This document shows positions 26,521-64,000 of a stretch of DNA of 64,000 bases, in pieces. The translations under genes were made by a program, and so were the position numbers. The DNA is taken from assembly GCA_963693365.1 (NCBI GenBank), contig CAVNZM010000007.1:9855962-9919961 (forward strand), in the 5' to 3' direction. Origin of the DNA: Amoebidium appalachense (Eukaryota > Protista > Ichthyosporea). How positions within the stretch are numbered: the stretch's first letter is position 1; the number at the start of each line of letters is the position of its first letter. The notes below the pieces were generated by a model, which saw only the letters and a list, made by a program, of their open reading frames with translations, was not told the origin of the DNA and searched no databases.

Positions 26521-27107
26521 CAGTGTGCGTGTTGTTACATGTGAGTGTGCCGTAAACAGTAACTACTTAGTAATTAGTGTGCGTCTGGCGGCTGTGTGAC
26601 TGTGTGAAGTGTTATGATAGAATAGTCTATCTGTTTATTACTGCTCTTCCCAGTCACGTACTTAGCCTGTTCCCGCCTATTCCGCCCCCGCGTAGTTGGG
26701 GACCGCCTGGGGCCGTATACAGTACGCCAGGAACCATAAATGTCTTCCTATTGGCTAGTACATAATCCATTCCCGATCTATCCTGCGAGACTATCTGTAA
26801 TCCTATTGGACGATGTATTCGCGGACTGGCATCTGCGCAGGTATATAAAGCTGCCGGACCATCCTCAGATGGCCATGGTACCGGAGGATCCGAGATCTCA
26901 AACCACTTCCTGCGTACCTCTCTACTCTCGATCCGCTATGTAGAAGTGATTGTCTCTTACAGAGGTCACAGGCCCAAATCCTGCCTCTGCTCCACATTTA
27001 TTCTGATAACTAGCCTACGGTACTAGTCACTTGTGATATCCGTGGTGTCACGGTGACATGTGTGTGTGTGTGCCAATACGGTACTATGAGGTAGCAAGAA
27101 AGCTAAC

Positions 27108-27971
27108 TAGTCTGGATCAAAAAAATTTCCTTTGATTCAATTTTCAAGCAATTGGTGGAATGTGTAGCAATTGCAAGGCTGTGAGCCAATCAGAATTTCC
27201 TTACGATTTAACATTTTGAGCGGAAGATTTCGTAATATCACATTCGCCACGCTCGCCTCACAGCACGTGCACAGCGGTTGGCATCACACGTACGCGCACG
27301 TATCGTTTGCTGTTTAGTTTTCTTTTGGTTTTTTTTTAAGTTGGTTTAGCGAACTCAGTTTTCCTGTGACTGTCTCGTTGCGAAACATGCATAGCCCATA
27401 ATGGAGTCGCGTAAACGCTCTCAGACGAGTACACTTGGCGACCTGAGCAATCTAAGCCCGAGGTCACAAAAGCGAGCACGCAAGAACGAGCTCCAGAGAA
27501 ATGCAAGGATGTGAAAGAGGGAAGAACTATTTATTAATTGTTTCTTCCAAAGGCTTTGCTTGCTCTCTTTGCTCTCTCTCCTCCGCCACACTCTGCCTTT
27601 GCTTCCCTTTTTGTTCTTTCTTATCGTCGTTTGTTCCCATTGTGGAGCTTGCCGGAGTCCTAATTAGGCTACTGCGCGTACCACGCTTCAGGAATTGACC
27701 GTTATTCGTGTTTTGCGTTGTATTCTTTCTGCCCGGAAAAGGTGACTTTGTCAAGGTTATTTCTTTCATTTTCTTCCTTCGTGTTTTGTTTTGTTTTCAA
27801 AAATTTGGTCGAGTTTTTGTTTTCCCTGTTCGTTGTTTGTTTTCCTTTGGGAAATTCAAATGCGACATAATACATGCCAATTCAAATGATTGGCCGAGGC
27901 AGCACCGTGGCTGCTATGCACTAACCAATGGCAGCTCGCTAAAGCTGAGTCAATTTTTTTGATCCAGACTA
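27108..27971. mobile_element. Non-autonomous TIR DNA element (~864 bp)
   Basis: TIR TAGTCTGGATCAAAAAAATT / AATTTTTTTGATCCAGACTA. Flanking AAGCTAA/TTAGCTT are also inverted. No credible transposase inside. Confidence 0.8.
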
Positions 27972-28002
27972 TTAGCTTACTAGTGCTACCCCATAGTGTG
28001 TA

Positions 28003-41845
<13,843 letters not shown>

Positions 41846-42099
41846 GGCAGGGGAGTTGCTCAAAATATATTAATTGTGATCATACAGAATCTACACAAGC
41901 ACCTCTGCACACGAGCACACACCCAGGCAACACACAGCACACATGAGCACGTGCACCAAAACAGGCACGCACACACTGAGGCTCATGCTCGCGCACATAC
42001 ACACATATACCCACCCACCCGCTTGCTAATCACACTTGCAAATCTTAAGAAGCACGACCACACAACTTATTCAATTTGAGACACACAGAGACGCATTCA

Positions 42100-42323
42100 C
42101 AAGCTCTGGCAGCCTTAACGTCAAGTCTTTGACACCTACACACACAGCCATTACATGCTTCCAGCCTTGACTCTAACTTTCTGGCTTTCCACATATTCAT
42201 TATCTCTTCCATGCTACAATAGCATAAGAATAGCGAAATACAAGCCCTCCCCCCCCCCCCCCCCCCCCCCCCCCACCCCTCCCCCCGAACCAACACCCCC
42301 CCACACACACATACACGACCTCA

Positions 42324-42418
<95 letters not shown>

Positions 42419-43414
42419 AAAAAAAAAAAACCATTTCAAATTTCAAAACACAAGACAAAAATATGCCGCCCCACAACTACGATCAGGCATGAGCAGGCCA
42501 TTTAATGACCAAACTAATACAAGTATACCTTAGAGTCCACAAGCCCACAATGGATCTTTGCTTCCTTCCCTCGTAAAACTTCTCCGCACAGAGATATCCG
42601 CAACAATGTGTGTGCTTGTGCTAGGGGCTGTTGGGGTGGCAAAACGGGCAGGCAGGCAGGCGGGCCATGGGAGGGAAGGGGGGGGGGGGAGGGGGGAGGG
42701 GGCAACATACCGTAGTTATCTGAGGGTGTTGACTCTTTCAGAGAGGCAGAGCATAGTGGGGTGGGTGCCAATAAACCCAGCATTCTGATTGGAGGAAAAG
42801 AAAGCGCACGATGAGAAGGAACGTTAATTGGAAAAAGGGGTAGTGCAAAGGGTGGTGCTGGTCAAAAAGGCCGTGTGTGTGTGTGTGGGTGGTGGTGATG
42901 GGGGGGGGGGGGGGGGGGGGGGGTGAAGGAAAACTTTGGCGGTGAAACCATTAGGAAGGAGGACACCATAATTCTGTCACAAACACCCCCCAAACCCACA
43001 CAGACATAAGCACAAGCAAACTCATGACAGAGATGAACATGCAAAAACATCATAAGAGACAAGCCAGCACCACACCGAACTAGACACAAACGGTACGGGA
43101 AAAGGACACATGTAGAAACAACTCACTTAGGCATACAGACTGCAGCACCTGGAAATCTCTCGGGAGCCATTCACTGCGATACTCAAACAAGACTTTTCCA
43201 CGCACTTCCCCATAAACACCATTCCACGCACTTCCCCATAAACACCAAAGTTAGGTTCCATTCGCACCCCCCACCCCCCACCCCCCACCCCCCACCCCCC
43301 TCCCCCGGCTTCCCCCCTCCGGTTCCCCAAGTACTACATTCCCTCGGCTCTCTTGCGCTTTGAAGCCGTTTAACGTGACGTGCACACACAAGCACGTGGG
43401 TGGGGCGAACACAG

Positions 43415-43489
<75 letters not shown>

Positions 43490-43505
43490 CCGATAACATA
43501 CACAC

Positions 43506-43544
<39 letters not shown>

Positions 43545-44905
43545 CGCACACACACACACACACACACACACCCACACCCACACCCACATACACACACACA
43601 TACACACACACAGAAAGGAGCACACACACATACACACACACACGTACACACGCAGTCTCCCACCTGGCCAATTCCGTTGCCGTCATTGACTTTCGAGGTG
43701 GCTTCTCTTCCTCCGGTTGACATTTCCCCGTTTCTCGACTCCCCTCTCCTTCCTCCCTCAAGCTTTCTCTCTCCGATTCTTTTTGCGTAACCATTTCCGG
43801 AGTCCCGTTATTGAATTCATCACACACACCTGCAGTGCAATCTCCTGTGTGCTCTTCCCCTTCCCCATCTTTCTCTTTCGTACCCACATGCCACTTCTTC
43901 CACCACCGCCCCCCATCTTGCTCAACGCACACACCCCCAACACCCACCACATCACTTGCTTTCGGGGTTTCCGGAGAAACCCGTATTATGTTGCAGCTCC
44001 TTTCACTTCTTGCATCCCGAGATTGAGGTGTGTGCAAGCCCGAAAAACCCCGCCGTGCACCCCCACCCGCTGAAATCTTCACCGCCGGGGTAGCGGCTGC
44101 AAACTGAGCTCTAAGCTGAGCGGCTGATACGACATTCGTGTCGGAGGGTGACGTAACATGCGACTCACTGTTTGCATGAGCCGCCGCCGTACCCAATAAC
44201 GACGCAGGTGTGGGTGGGAAAACTGGGGTTTGCTGGGAATTCTGTCGTTTTCTCTTACGTGCTTCCTCCAATCGAGCGAGTGCTGCGCTACGCTTTGCAC
44301 TGACTGTAAAATTGTTGGTGGGGTCTGTATTTGGGGTAGCGGCATAGTCTATGTGCGTGCGGCTTAGAGAAGCGGTGGGCTGGGGCGTCGCGTAAACTCC
44401 GGGCATAGGGGTGGGGTCAGTTTCTGCATATGTGGGTGTGGGTGGGGTAAGTGGATGATCAGCAGACGGGATATGAGGTCTTGTAAAAGAATTAGTACAC
44501 TCCTTCAACCTTTCCTTCACAAATATGTGTTGCCATTTATGTAGTTCCAGTCGAAATTTCCCTCCACTGATGCCGACACACATTCACCAGTCGAGCTTCC
44601 CTTCAAGACTACTCGCCCTTCTGGTTGTCTCCACCCCTGCTCTCCCCTCCTCTCCCCCCCCCTCCCCCCCCCCCTCTCTCTCTCTCTCCCCCCCCCTCCC
44701 TCTCTGTGTCTCTCTGTTTTTACCGCTTTCCCCCCTCTCCCTCTGCCTCCATCTTAACCCCCACCCAGCCCCATACATACACACCAAACTCGCTCCCACA
44801 GTGTGTGTGAGTAAGCACGGCTGTGTGTGTCAAGAGTGTTTGTGTCTCCCAGTGTGGTTGTATAGTGTGTGTGTGTGTGTGTATGTATGTGTGTGTGTAT
44901 GTGTA

Positions 44906-44985
<80 letters not shown>

Positions 44986-45296
44986 TAAGTGTGTATGAGA
45001 GAGAGAGTGTGTGTGCGCGCGCGCGTGCGTGCGTGTGTGTGTGTGTGTGCGTGTCCTTGCGTGTCTGCAGTACCCAGAAAAAGTAGCGGTAGCGATGTTT
45101 AGTTGGCGGCAGCTGGGTAAATTTGTGTCTCACAGGCACAATCATATCTCAAAGCAGATAACTCAGACTCGCAAGGAGAGCGAGGGGAGAGGGGGGGGGG
45201 GGGGGGGGAAGAGAGAGAGAGAGAAGAATAAACAGACGCAGAGCGGAAGAGGGAACACGTGTGTGCGTGTGTGTGTATGTGTGTGTGTCTGTGTGT

Positions 45297-45369
<73 letters not shown>

Positions 45370-45953
45370 CGCGCGCGCGCGTTCAGATGTTCGTACGGGT
45401 GTAGGCAGGCTTACATGCGAGTGTGTGTGCGTGTGTGCGTGCTTGCGTGCGTACGTCCGTGTGTGTGTGTGTGCGCGCGCGCGTGGGTGTGCGTTTGTGT
45501 GTGTTTATTTGTGTTGACAAACAAACCAAGGAATTTCAACAGCACAAGAACTTAGCAAACACAGGTGCGTTGCGAAGGCGACACACACAGGGTGCTGGGG
45601 CAAATAGAAATAAGGAAGCAGGGAGCGCCTGGGAAAACAGAGAGGTGTGCATGTGCGTTTCGGCGTACGCGTGCGCGCGCGCACGGCATGTTGCTTGTAT
45701 GTGCTGAATCCCTTTTTGTTTGTTGGTTTGTTTGCTTGCTTGTTCTTCCTGAAGGAGGGGGCGGGGCGGGGCGCCGGGGGGGAGGAAGGGGAGGCAGGGG
45801 GAGGGGGGAAGGGGGGGGGGGGAGGGGGGGAGGGGGGGTGGTAAGGGAGGCGCCGGTACCCTGCGTTTGCAGTTTGCTTCGCCTGCGCAAGGCCCGTTCC
45901 TTTTTAAGGCGTATAGCCTCAAGCTGGGCCGGTGAGAGTGGGGCTGCTGCCAT
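42100..45953 (-). CDS. Upstream coding exons (N-terminal part of the ERI2-like gene, or a separate gene); exon structure unresolved
   Basis: ATG exon [32 protein letters not shown]|gtacc and a long non-repetitive open exon ~44580-43663 ending at a GTGGGA donor. Smaller candidate exons near 45100, 43150, 42750 and 42200. Confidence 0.55.
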
Positions 45954-46539
45954 TTGTTTACGAATGTTTGGTCCTAGGGCAGTAAACACTAAATGGGTGC
46001 TTCATAATGTTGGCTCTAGTTGGGGGTGCTTGTGATGCAGTCTCTTATCACTCTTAATGGAATCCTACAGTGTGGCAGCACTAATGACTTGCAACGCATC
46101 CATCAATCTATTGCACCTTTTTCTTGGCAGCAAACAGTCTTCTTGAACAACTCTCGAGAGGGGCATGTCCAAATCATGAACCCTCGTTCGATTGGCTGAA
46201 CAAGATATTTGGCGCGCATTCCGAGTGTGTTTGCGCAACGCCCTCAGCCTGGCCAGGGCCGATGTATACACCGAGCCGCCAGGGGCGCTCCGCACACAGC
46301 GCACGGCCAGATCTAGATCCAAGCTTGGGTCAAGGAGGCTCACGGATACATGTACGGCGCAGTAGTGTGGCAATTATGTAATCAGCCCTTGTATTAGGTC
46401 AAGTCTTCGGTTGTTTTTTCCCCCCAAATACACGCTAGGTTTTCATCATTTTTTCTAGGCTTAGGCAATGCGCTGTAAGAAAATAAACTAAATCACTCTT
46501 CAAAAGCTGGGGTTTTCCCGTTTGATAGACAGGACTCTG

Positions 46540-46650
46540 TGATTGGCTCACGCACAGGCAGTTGATTGGTTAATCTAAACAGCCTTTAGATTGACATGCT
46601 GATTGGATATGGTTAGCCAATAAGCTCAAGAGCTTTTTCATTGGTTGGGT
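46540..46650. promoter_or_regulatory. Cluster of five CCAAT boxes in the divergent intergenic region
   Basis: ATTGG at ~46542, 46565, 46602, 46640 and CCAAT at ~46617, about 600 bp upstream of the minus-strand ATG at 45953. Confidence 0.45.
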
Positions 46651-47669
46651 TGATGACGAATTCCGAAGTCTTGCAGAGCAGGTGCCAGCCTGGCCGTTGC
46701 AGGTTGCTGGCCCGCACCTTACAATAGTTAGTCCCAGGGACTATTGGTGATGACCGATGTTTCTACGTGGTCATTAGACCGCTGTTTTTCCTGGAGCTCT
46801 ACGAAAACTGAACATATTATCGTTTGGATGCATCTATATGCATGAATTCATAAATGCATAGTGTGAGATATGGGACTACTCATGAGGTGCGAAGTACATG
46901 CTGCGAACCTGACACCCTTCCAGACAAGAGCATGCCAGAGGTCTCTTTGATCATGAATCAAGGGTGGTAGCGCCTCTGACAAGTCGGATAATGAATTCGA
47001 ATTCTCTACGCAAGTGGGGCGGCATCTTTTTTTGCATACTAAACGGCACACAGGCGGACATGGGACACTGCAGCCAGCGCTCAGCTGGATCATGAAGCTG
47101 GATCATGATGGCAATGATGGTCGGTGATTGAATTTCAGCCGCACTGCCAGGCTGCAGCGCTTGCCTAGGGCAATGTCACTTGCCAACGACGGTCACATAA
47201 CGTCGACCACGAGTACTAATATTTCCAGTATTCATATAAACTCCATGCACAGCAAACTTATTGCTGACACATTTTAAAAAAGTCTACCTTGGCTGGTAGG
47301 CCATTCATGCAATGACGTTTGCATGTCCTGTAGGAGTTGACGCCGTGCACATGGCAGTGCGTATACGTACAGTGCATATATGCATGTCCAGTGGCGAGCT
47401 CCTTGGATCACTATGTAACAAAGCACGGCCGCGGTGGCGAGGTTCACCGTGCTAACATATGATCAGGGGACTTTTTGGCTTCCGTGGCACACGTGATTCA
47501 CGCAAGGCGAATGACAGTCTTTCACTGCGGATAGAAAGGTTTAGAATGGTACAGAAACTCAACTCGTGCAAAACCATCATGTGAGTACATGAGACACAAC
47601 AAAAGAATCAAAGGAATGCATATTGCGTCATTCGGGTGGTGGATCTATCATGCAGCTCACGGACGGGTC

Positions 47670-47972
47670 AATCCAACCAATCACCGCTCGCAAACCTTGC
47701 TGTCATCTACATTGGTTGATAGCTGATGAGTTCAACACAGAAACTTTGAGTAGCACGGTTGCTTTCAGGAGGTATTTCATTGAATGTCAAAGCAAAATGC
47801 ATTTATATAATAATTTGCACTTCTACAGAAGGACATTACAAAGTCTCTTGTTGCTACAGCCTGCCATATGGGCCATTACGCACGGCACAACGCCAGATCT
47901 TCCAATCTTTACCCCCCCTCCCAATACAGTGCAGTGATTGGTGGTTCAAATGCCCAGTTGGTTATATATAAA
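47670..47972 (+). promoter_or_regulatory. Putative promoter of the GATA gene (CCAAT boxes plus TATA box)
   Basis: CCAATCA at ~47677, ATTGG at ~47711 and ~47937, TATATATAAA at ~47963, 550 bp before the ATG. Confidence 0.4.
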
Positions 47973-48514
47973 CACCGAAGGCCGCATTTGTCATCATTAT
48001 TCCACTTCCCATCCCCTGGTACGGGGTGATAGTGTCAGCCAAACTGCGGCCAGTTTTAATAAAATTGTCCAACAAAATCACACAAGCTTTTCCCACGAAT
48101 ACACATTCTTGGCCTGAGTCGATGTACTCGACACTGCTACTGTCCTTTTTTGCGAATTACCAAATTTTACACACCCTATTAAATCCAATACTCGTGAAGT
48201 GATAACTAGCTAGTGGGCGGGCTGCTAATGAAGTTTTCTCGGATGTGTTGTCTCGATCGCGAGCCCACTCCCCCATCCCGTGTAATTACTTTGATAGACA
48301 GAACTAGCAGCAAGATTCCTTTTGAGCTCGTGTCCACTGTGGCACCCAGCTCCATTTTCTCACATACTTTAGGTCCGTACACGTACTAGTCATTTTAACC
48401 ATGATAGCTCTTTATAAAGCTTTGATAAACTCAAATGGAGCCCAAGTGGTGACTGTGTGCATGTAACTGCAGTTAGCTAAACAGCACCAGTTCATAGCCA
48501 CACACATAAACACC

Positions 48515-49531
48515 ATGGTCAGACTCAATGGCCAATACGACCCATGGCTTGGGGGCACTGACAGCACTTTGGAGCAATATGAAACCGCAGCGGGCCAGGG
48601 TGTTAGCAGGCAGCAGATGCAACTTCTTCTCAACAACCCAAACATATTTCTGTGCCCCAACAACGACATCAGAGTCAAGCAGGAATATCCAACCACCGTC
48701 AACGTGTGCACGCAGTACCAGGGCCAGTCACCCCTGACACCCATTACACCCAGCATGCTGCAACCACCAAACTCCGTCGCCGCCTCACCTGCACCATCTG
48801 TGGACCTTGCCTCGTGGTCTGGGGTTATGGGCGCCGGTGACCTTGGGTTCGGGAGCTTAGAAACACCAATTTTCTCGGAAGGTGCACTCGAGGAAGCAGA
48901 TGCTGCTATTCTTAGTCTCCTGAAAGAGCTTGAAGGCAACCCAAATTCCCTTTTGAGCCTGCCCACGTCTATGGCGGCCCCACCTGCGCTTCCTTCCGCT
49001 CCAAAGATTGACGTCAGCCAAGCATCCTCGTTTGCAAGCACAGGCACACCCGGCTCATCACGTTGTGTTTCTCCGAACCCACCGTTTTTCGGCAACTGCA
49101 TGCAGCCCTTTTCAACCAGGCCGTCGGAAGATAAACCCTCGACGCTTCTGTGCACAACACCTCCTGCTACCCCAACCATTTCGATCGCCCACAATAATGG
49201 CTCCGGCCCTCAGGTGAAGTTCGAAGCAGGAAGCAGGCAGGAAGAAAGCGATGGCCCCGTCAGCGACATGGACCAATCAAATGGCAGCCATCGGGAATGC
49301 AGCAACTGCCACACCACCGAGACCACCATGTGGAGGCGCCACCCAATCAACGGCTACCTGTGCAACCCATGCGGGGCCTATCTGCGCGCACACGGCAGTA
49401 ACCGCCCAATCAAACCTCCCGAGGACCCCGTGGCAACAGCGGATGCCCTGCGATGTGAAAATTGCCAGGTGTGTGTTCATACTTTTTAATTTGATGATAT
49501 GCTCTGGAGGACGGTGGGTGTGAGAGGGCGA

Positions 49532-49567
<36 letters not shown>

Positions 49568-50409
49568 TGAGCGCGAGTGCGAGAGCAAAGAGGCTGAGAG
49601 AAAGAGGGAGGGGGGGAAGGGGGGGAGGGAGAGAGAGGGGGAGAGAGAGAGAGTGTGTGTGTGTCTGTGCGTATATGTATGTGTGTGTGCATGTGTGCGT
49701 GTGTCCGTGTGTGCGCGCCTCAAGTTGTGTGTGTGCGTGTGTGCGTGTGTGCATGTGTGTGTATGTGTGTGTGTGTGAGCATGCATGCATGTGTGTGTCT
49801 GTGTGTGTGTGTGTGTGTATGTGTGTGTGTGAATTCGTGAGAGAATCATCGGCAAATGAGTTTTGAACTAGAACAAAGGAACTAACTCAATTACGAATGT
49901 TTGCTGGGCGAAAGAGAGAACTCTGTTTAATGGGCAAATGAAGAGGAAGAAAAGAAGAGAAGAATAGACCCATAATATATTAGGGGTATAAAAAGGTTCC
50001 TCCCATGTATTATCTGTCCCTTTGAAACAACAGGCTCCACGGAGTCCGACACTCGCTCTTACATTACATCACATAAAAAAGCAGAGCGATTTCCCCTTTG
50101 CCACGTTCAATCACACTCACCACCCCACAGACAACCACCACCATCATGTGGCGCCAGACACCGGAACGTGGTCGGCTGTGCAATGCCTGTGGCCTGTTTT
50201 GGCGCAAACACCGTAAGGACAGACCCCTTAAACTCTGCAAAAACATGGTCTGTAAGCGCCGTCGCCATCGTCGGGAGGTAGTCGTTCCTCCCCCCGGCAC
50301 ATTGCCCCGGCCCATCAGCTATGCCGTGCCCGGCCACTTCTACCTCAACCCTTACTCACAGATCCCTCCCATCAGCACACGCCAAATCGTCTTTCACAAC
50401 AACAGATAG
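48515..50409 (+). CDS. GATA transcription factor with two CX2CX17CX2C zinc fingers, 2 exons
   Basis: Exon 1 is 48515-49468 ([14 protein letters not shown]...LCNPCG; CENCQ|gt). Exon 2 is 50131-50409 (cag|TTTTIMWRQ...[15 protein letters not shown], basic tail). Confidence 0.92.
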
Positions 50410-51665
50410 GACCGTGGCCCTTCATCCTCTCTCTTCCCCCCCCCCCCCCCCCCCCCCCCCTCCCCTCGGTCACTCCAACCCGTGACTGAATCCACCAATG
50501 AGGAATCAGCCACCACAAGTAAATGTATTCTGGATGGCACCAACACACCCAATGTTCACCACTCCCTTACCAATGCCCGTATCACATCGTTTTGCGTGCA
50601 CGTATAAATTATGGCTTTTGTATATAGGTCTTTTTTCGTTGGTCCTGTGCATTTGCGATTGTATTAATATGTGCCCGATTCCGAGTCATTAGTCTGTCAA
50701 AAACTGTAGCCGGCACAAGTAACAGCTGCTTCCACTCGCACCTGACTGAGATCCATAGCGCATTTACTTGTAATGACTCCACCGTGGCATCCCATTTTTG
50801 TAATTATGATTGTGTTGAAGCTTGCATCATTCAAATTATAATATTAGTTGTCATGCTCTCAACTTGTGTAAATATATTCTTTTGCTGCCATATTGCTACA
50901 AAATCCGTTGCCAAGTATGTATTATCAATATTATAAACTTTGTGCACGTGCTGGTCACTGCACCTTTGGCCTTTTTCAAAGCCTTTGAGAGCAACCAAGA
51001 GCTCCACTTGCACTTTTGTTGTTCTCGAGTTCGACCGCGACTATATGTTTGCCTGCGCAAGAAAGACAGGAACCAAATTATCGAGCTCCCCCCCCCCTCT
51101 CCCCTCCTTCCCTCTCCCCAACACACATACACACACTTCCGTGGCACCTTCATCAGCACCACAAAATTGCAACATCACGAGACACACACGTGTGTATACA
51201 CACAACGTGCGTGGTGCAAAAACACCTGCTCATGCTTGGGCCCAGTAAATGATTCTGCAACCGCCTGCAGGCTGCACATAGCACTTGTGCTGTATATCAA
51301 AATGATGCATGCACGCTCAAACCCATTTATCATCCCAGATTTAACCTTTCGTCATTTAACCGGGTGTTATCATGTCTTGTTCACGTTCTGACATTAGCCT
51401 TCGGTATACATAGCAGCCTCAGCCCTCCCCCCCGCCCCCCCCCAAAAAAAAATTGGAAAAAGAAAAAAAAGAAAGAAAAGTGCGGAGGCTTCCGAGCCCT
51501 GAGGCTCCTTCCCCCCTGTCTCTTAGAGGACGCCCCACTTTTTCCCTCGGTTTCGAGCCTCTCTTTCTGCAGCCAATCCCATCCACTTCTGTGTATTCCC
51601 CTTCGCTTGACTAGAATTTACACATGTTACTGTGACATTAAACCCCTAAGGCTCGCAGCTGGGGC

Positions 51666-51712
<47 letters not shown>

Positions 51713-51911
51713 ATGTGTGTGTGCTGCGGGTGCGTGTGCATGTGCATGTGCGCGTGTGTGCGTGTGTGCTGTGTGCTGTGTGTGTGTGTGTGTGTGCGCG
51801 CGCGCTCGTGTGTTTGTGCTCGTGTGTGTGCGCAACGCGTACGTGCTTGTTTGTACATGTGTCGGGCACATGACGGTCAATGGCACTGCGCAAGCGCACG
51901 TGTTGTGTGTG

Positions 51912-51948
<37 letters not shown>

Positions 51949-53419
51949 CCACGCACGTGTGGATGGGTCGGAGAGGGGGTTAGACTCAGCGGAGCTGATT
52001 GTAGTCAGCCCAGTCGTGTAACCCAGAGCTCTCGATTCGCATTTTCGACACAATTATCTCACGATTGATACGGTGGGTACATGTGGTCCCCTCCCCAGCC
52101 CCCGCGGCCGGAACTTGACACATGTGCACCCACATGCATGCACGCATGCACGTGCACCCACCCACCCACCCACACAACATGTAATGGGGAACAGAAGGAA
52201 ATGACGAAGTGCTCGAGAGCCCAAGGCTTGGAGAGATTTTGCCTCCGTGTGAAACACAAAGCCTTGAATAATTAAAAGGAATATTAAAGAAATTTTAGTC
52301 TTGTCCGTGGGTCGAAGAACTGAATTCATACACGGTGCCCATGCACAGTGTCATGCTCGTCCATTGAATTTGTTTAAATGTTAATAAAAACGTGTGCACA
52401 CCGACACAAACCAAGTTGAACAGCATCGCAAGTGGGAACCACAGGGCATACATGTGCACAATTATTACAACTGTACATGTGAAAGAACGATCTCGAGGTA
52501 CCGGTGACTGTACACGTACACCTTTACAGCAAGTGAACACCATCACTTGGAACTGAGCATTGGCCATGGCTCGTATCGCGCCACCCCCCCCCCCCCCCCC
52601 CCCTCCCCCTCCCCCCCCCCTCCCTCCTTCCCCCCTTCTCCCTTGAATGGCCTCCTCGCGGTCTTGCCGGCAAAGCTCCGCCCTGCACAAAAAGTAACTC
52701 CCTGCGGCGGCGGTTACGGACCTAGGAGAGTACTACAGGAGATGCATGCGCAGGGGCCGCCGGGGAGAGGGAGGGGGGGGGGGGGGGGGAGGGGGGGGAA
52801 AGGAGGGAGGGGAGGAGGGGGGCACCGCCTGCCTTTGCAAACAAAAAGCATGGCCAGACGAAGCATCACCCGCGCACACGTGCGCAGCTACATTCACACA
52901 TGTCCTCGACTGCCTGCGTATACATGCGTGGATGCGTTGAGGTTAGGGGTTGGCCCTTCAGACAAAGCAAAAAGCAGTCAGCATGCAGATTCCATTCCTT
53001 CGGGTTAGGTGGCATGCACAGCAGCCACCCGTGACCTTTGCACCATCAATCTCAGGGCACACACTACGAGTGGGCATAACTCAACATTCACAACTCTATC
53101 CCCCCCCCTCCCCCCCTCCCCCGCTGCCCCGCTCCCACCCCCTTATCTATTCAGAAACGCACCTCACAACCTACGTAACCAACCAGACATTCAAAGCTAT
53201 CATACGGAGACACCCACCAGACCCTTCTACCCTGCCAACACAGTGCGCTGGGTCCTGACATTACATTCAAATACTTAGTCTATGCGGAATTAAACACGGG
53301 TAGGTGACACCCCTCCCTTCTCCCCCTCCGACCTTGCCGCCCTTCCCCCTTGAGAAAAAAAGAACTAAAAACACGAATCGTTTTTGCGAAAAAAAAATAT
53401 GGTAAAGTTGATATGTATT

Positions 53420-64000
<10,581 letters not shown>

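Noticed and set aside
26740-27000. Possible terminal ERI2 exon or TE coding fragment
   Set aside because: No suitable acceptor or phase, and no recognisable motif.
48412-49194. 260-aa minus-strand ORF
   Set aside because: Antisense shadow of the GATA coding exon.

Overview
Eukaryotic genomic DNA, probably a unicellular opisthokont or other protist (inferred from gene content). It is intron-rich and saturated with poly(G)/poly(C), (CA)n, (GA)n and (CACG)n tracts, so most ORFs in the supplied track are microsatellite artefacts. Supported genes are: a frameshifted APH/choline-kinase-like gene, an ADP-ribosylglycohydrolase (SelJ/J1-crystallin-like), a 3-exon orphan, an ERI2-like DEDDh exonuclease with a GRF zinc finger, a two-finger GATA factor, and a 12-exon Anp1/Mnn9 (GT62) glycosyltransferase running off the right end. 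The most notable feature is a retroelement system. A decayed Penelope-like element with an N-terminal GIY-YIG domain (Naiad/Chlamys architecture) sits in an ERI2 intron, and a ~448-bp non-autonomous tandem partner family occurs at three sites, one of them a 39-bp insertion with a 30-bp TSD inside the autonomous ORF. Both families carry a covarying structured RNA containing all three hammerhead ribozyme core strands in non-circularly permuted order, with a K-turn-like motif. Ribozyme activity is inferred by eye and untested. Two TIR elements and a degenerate ~650-bp tandem repeat are also present.
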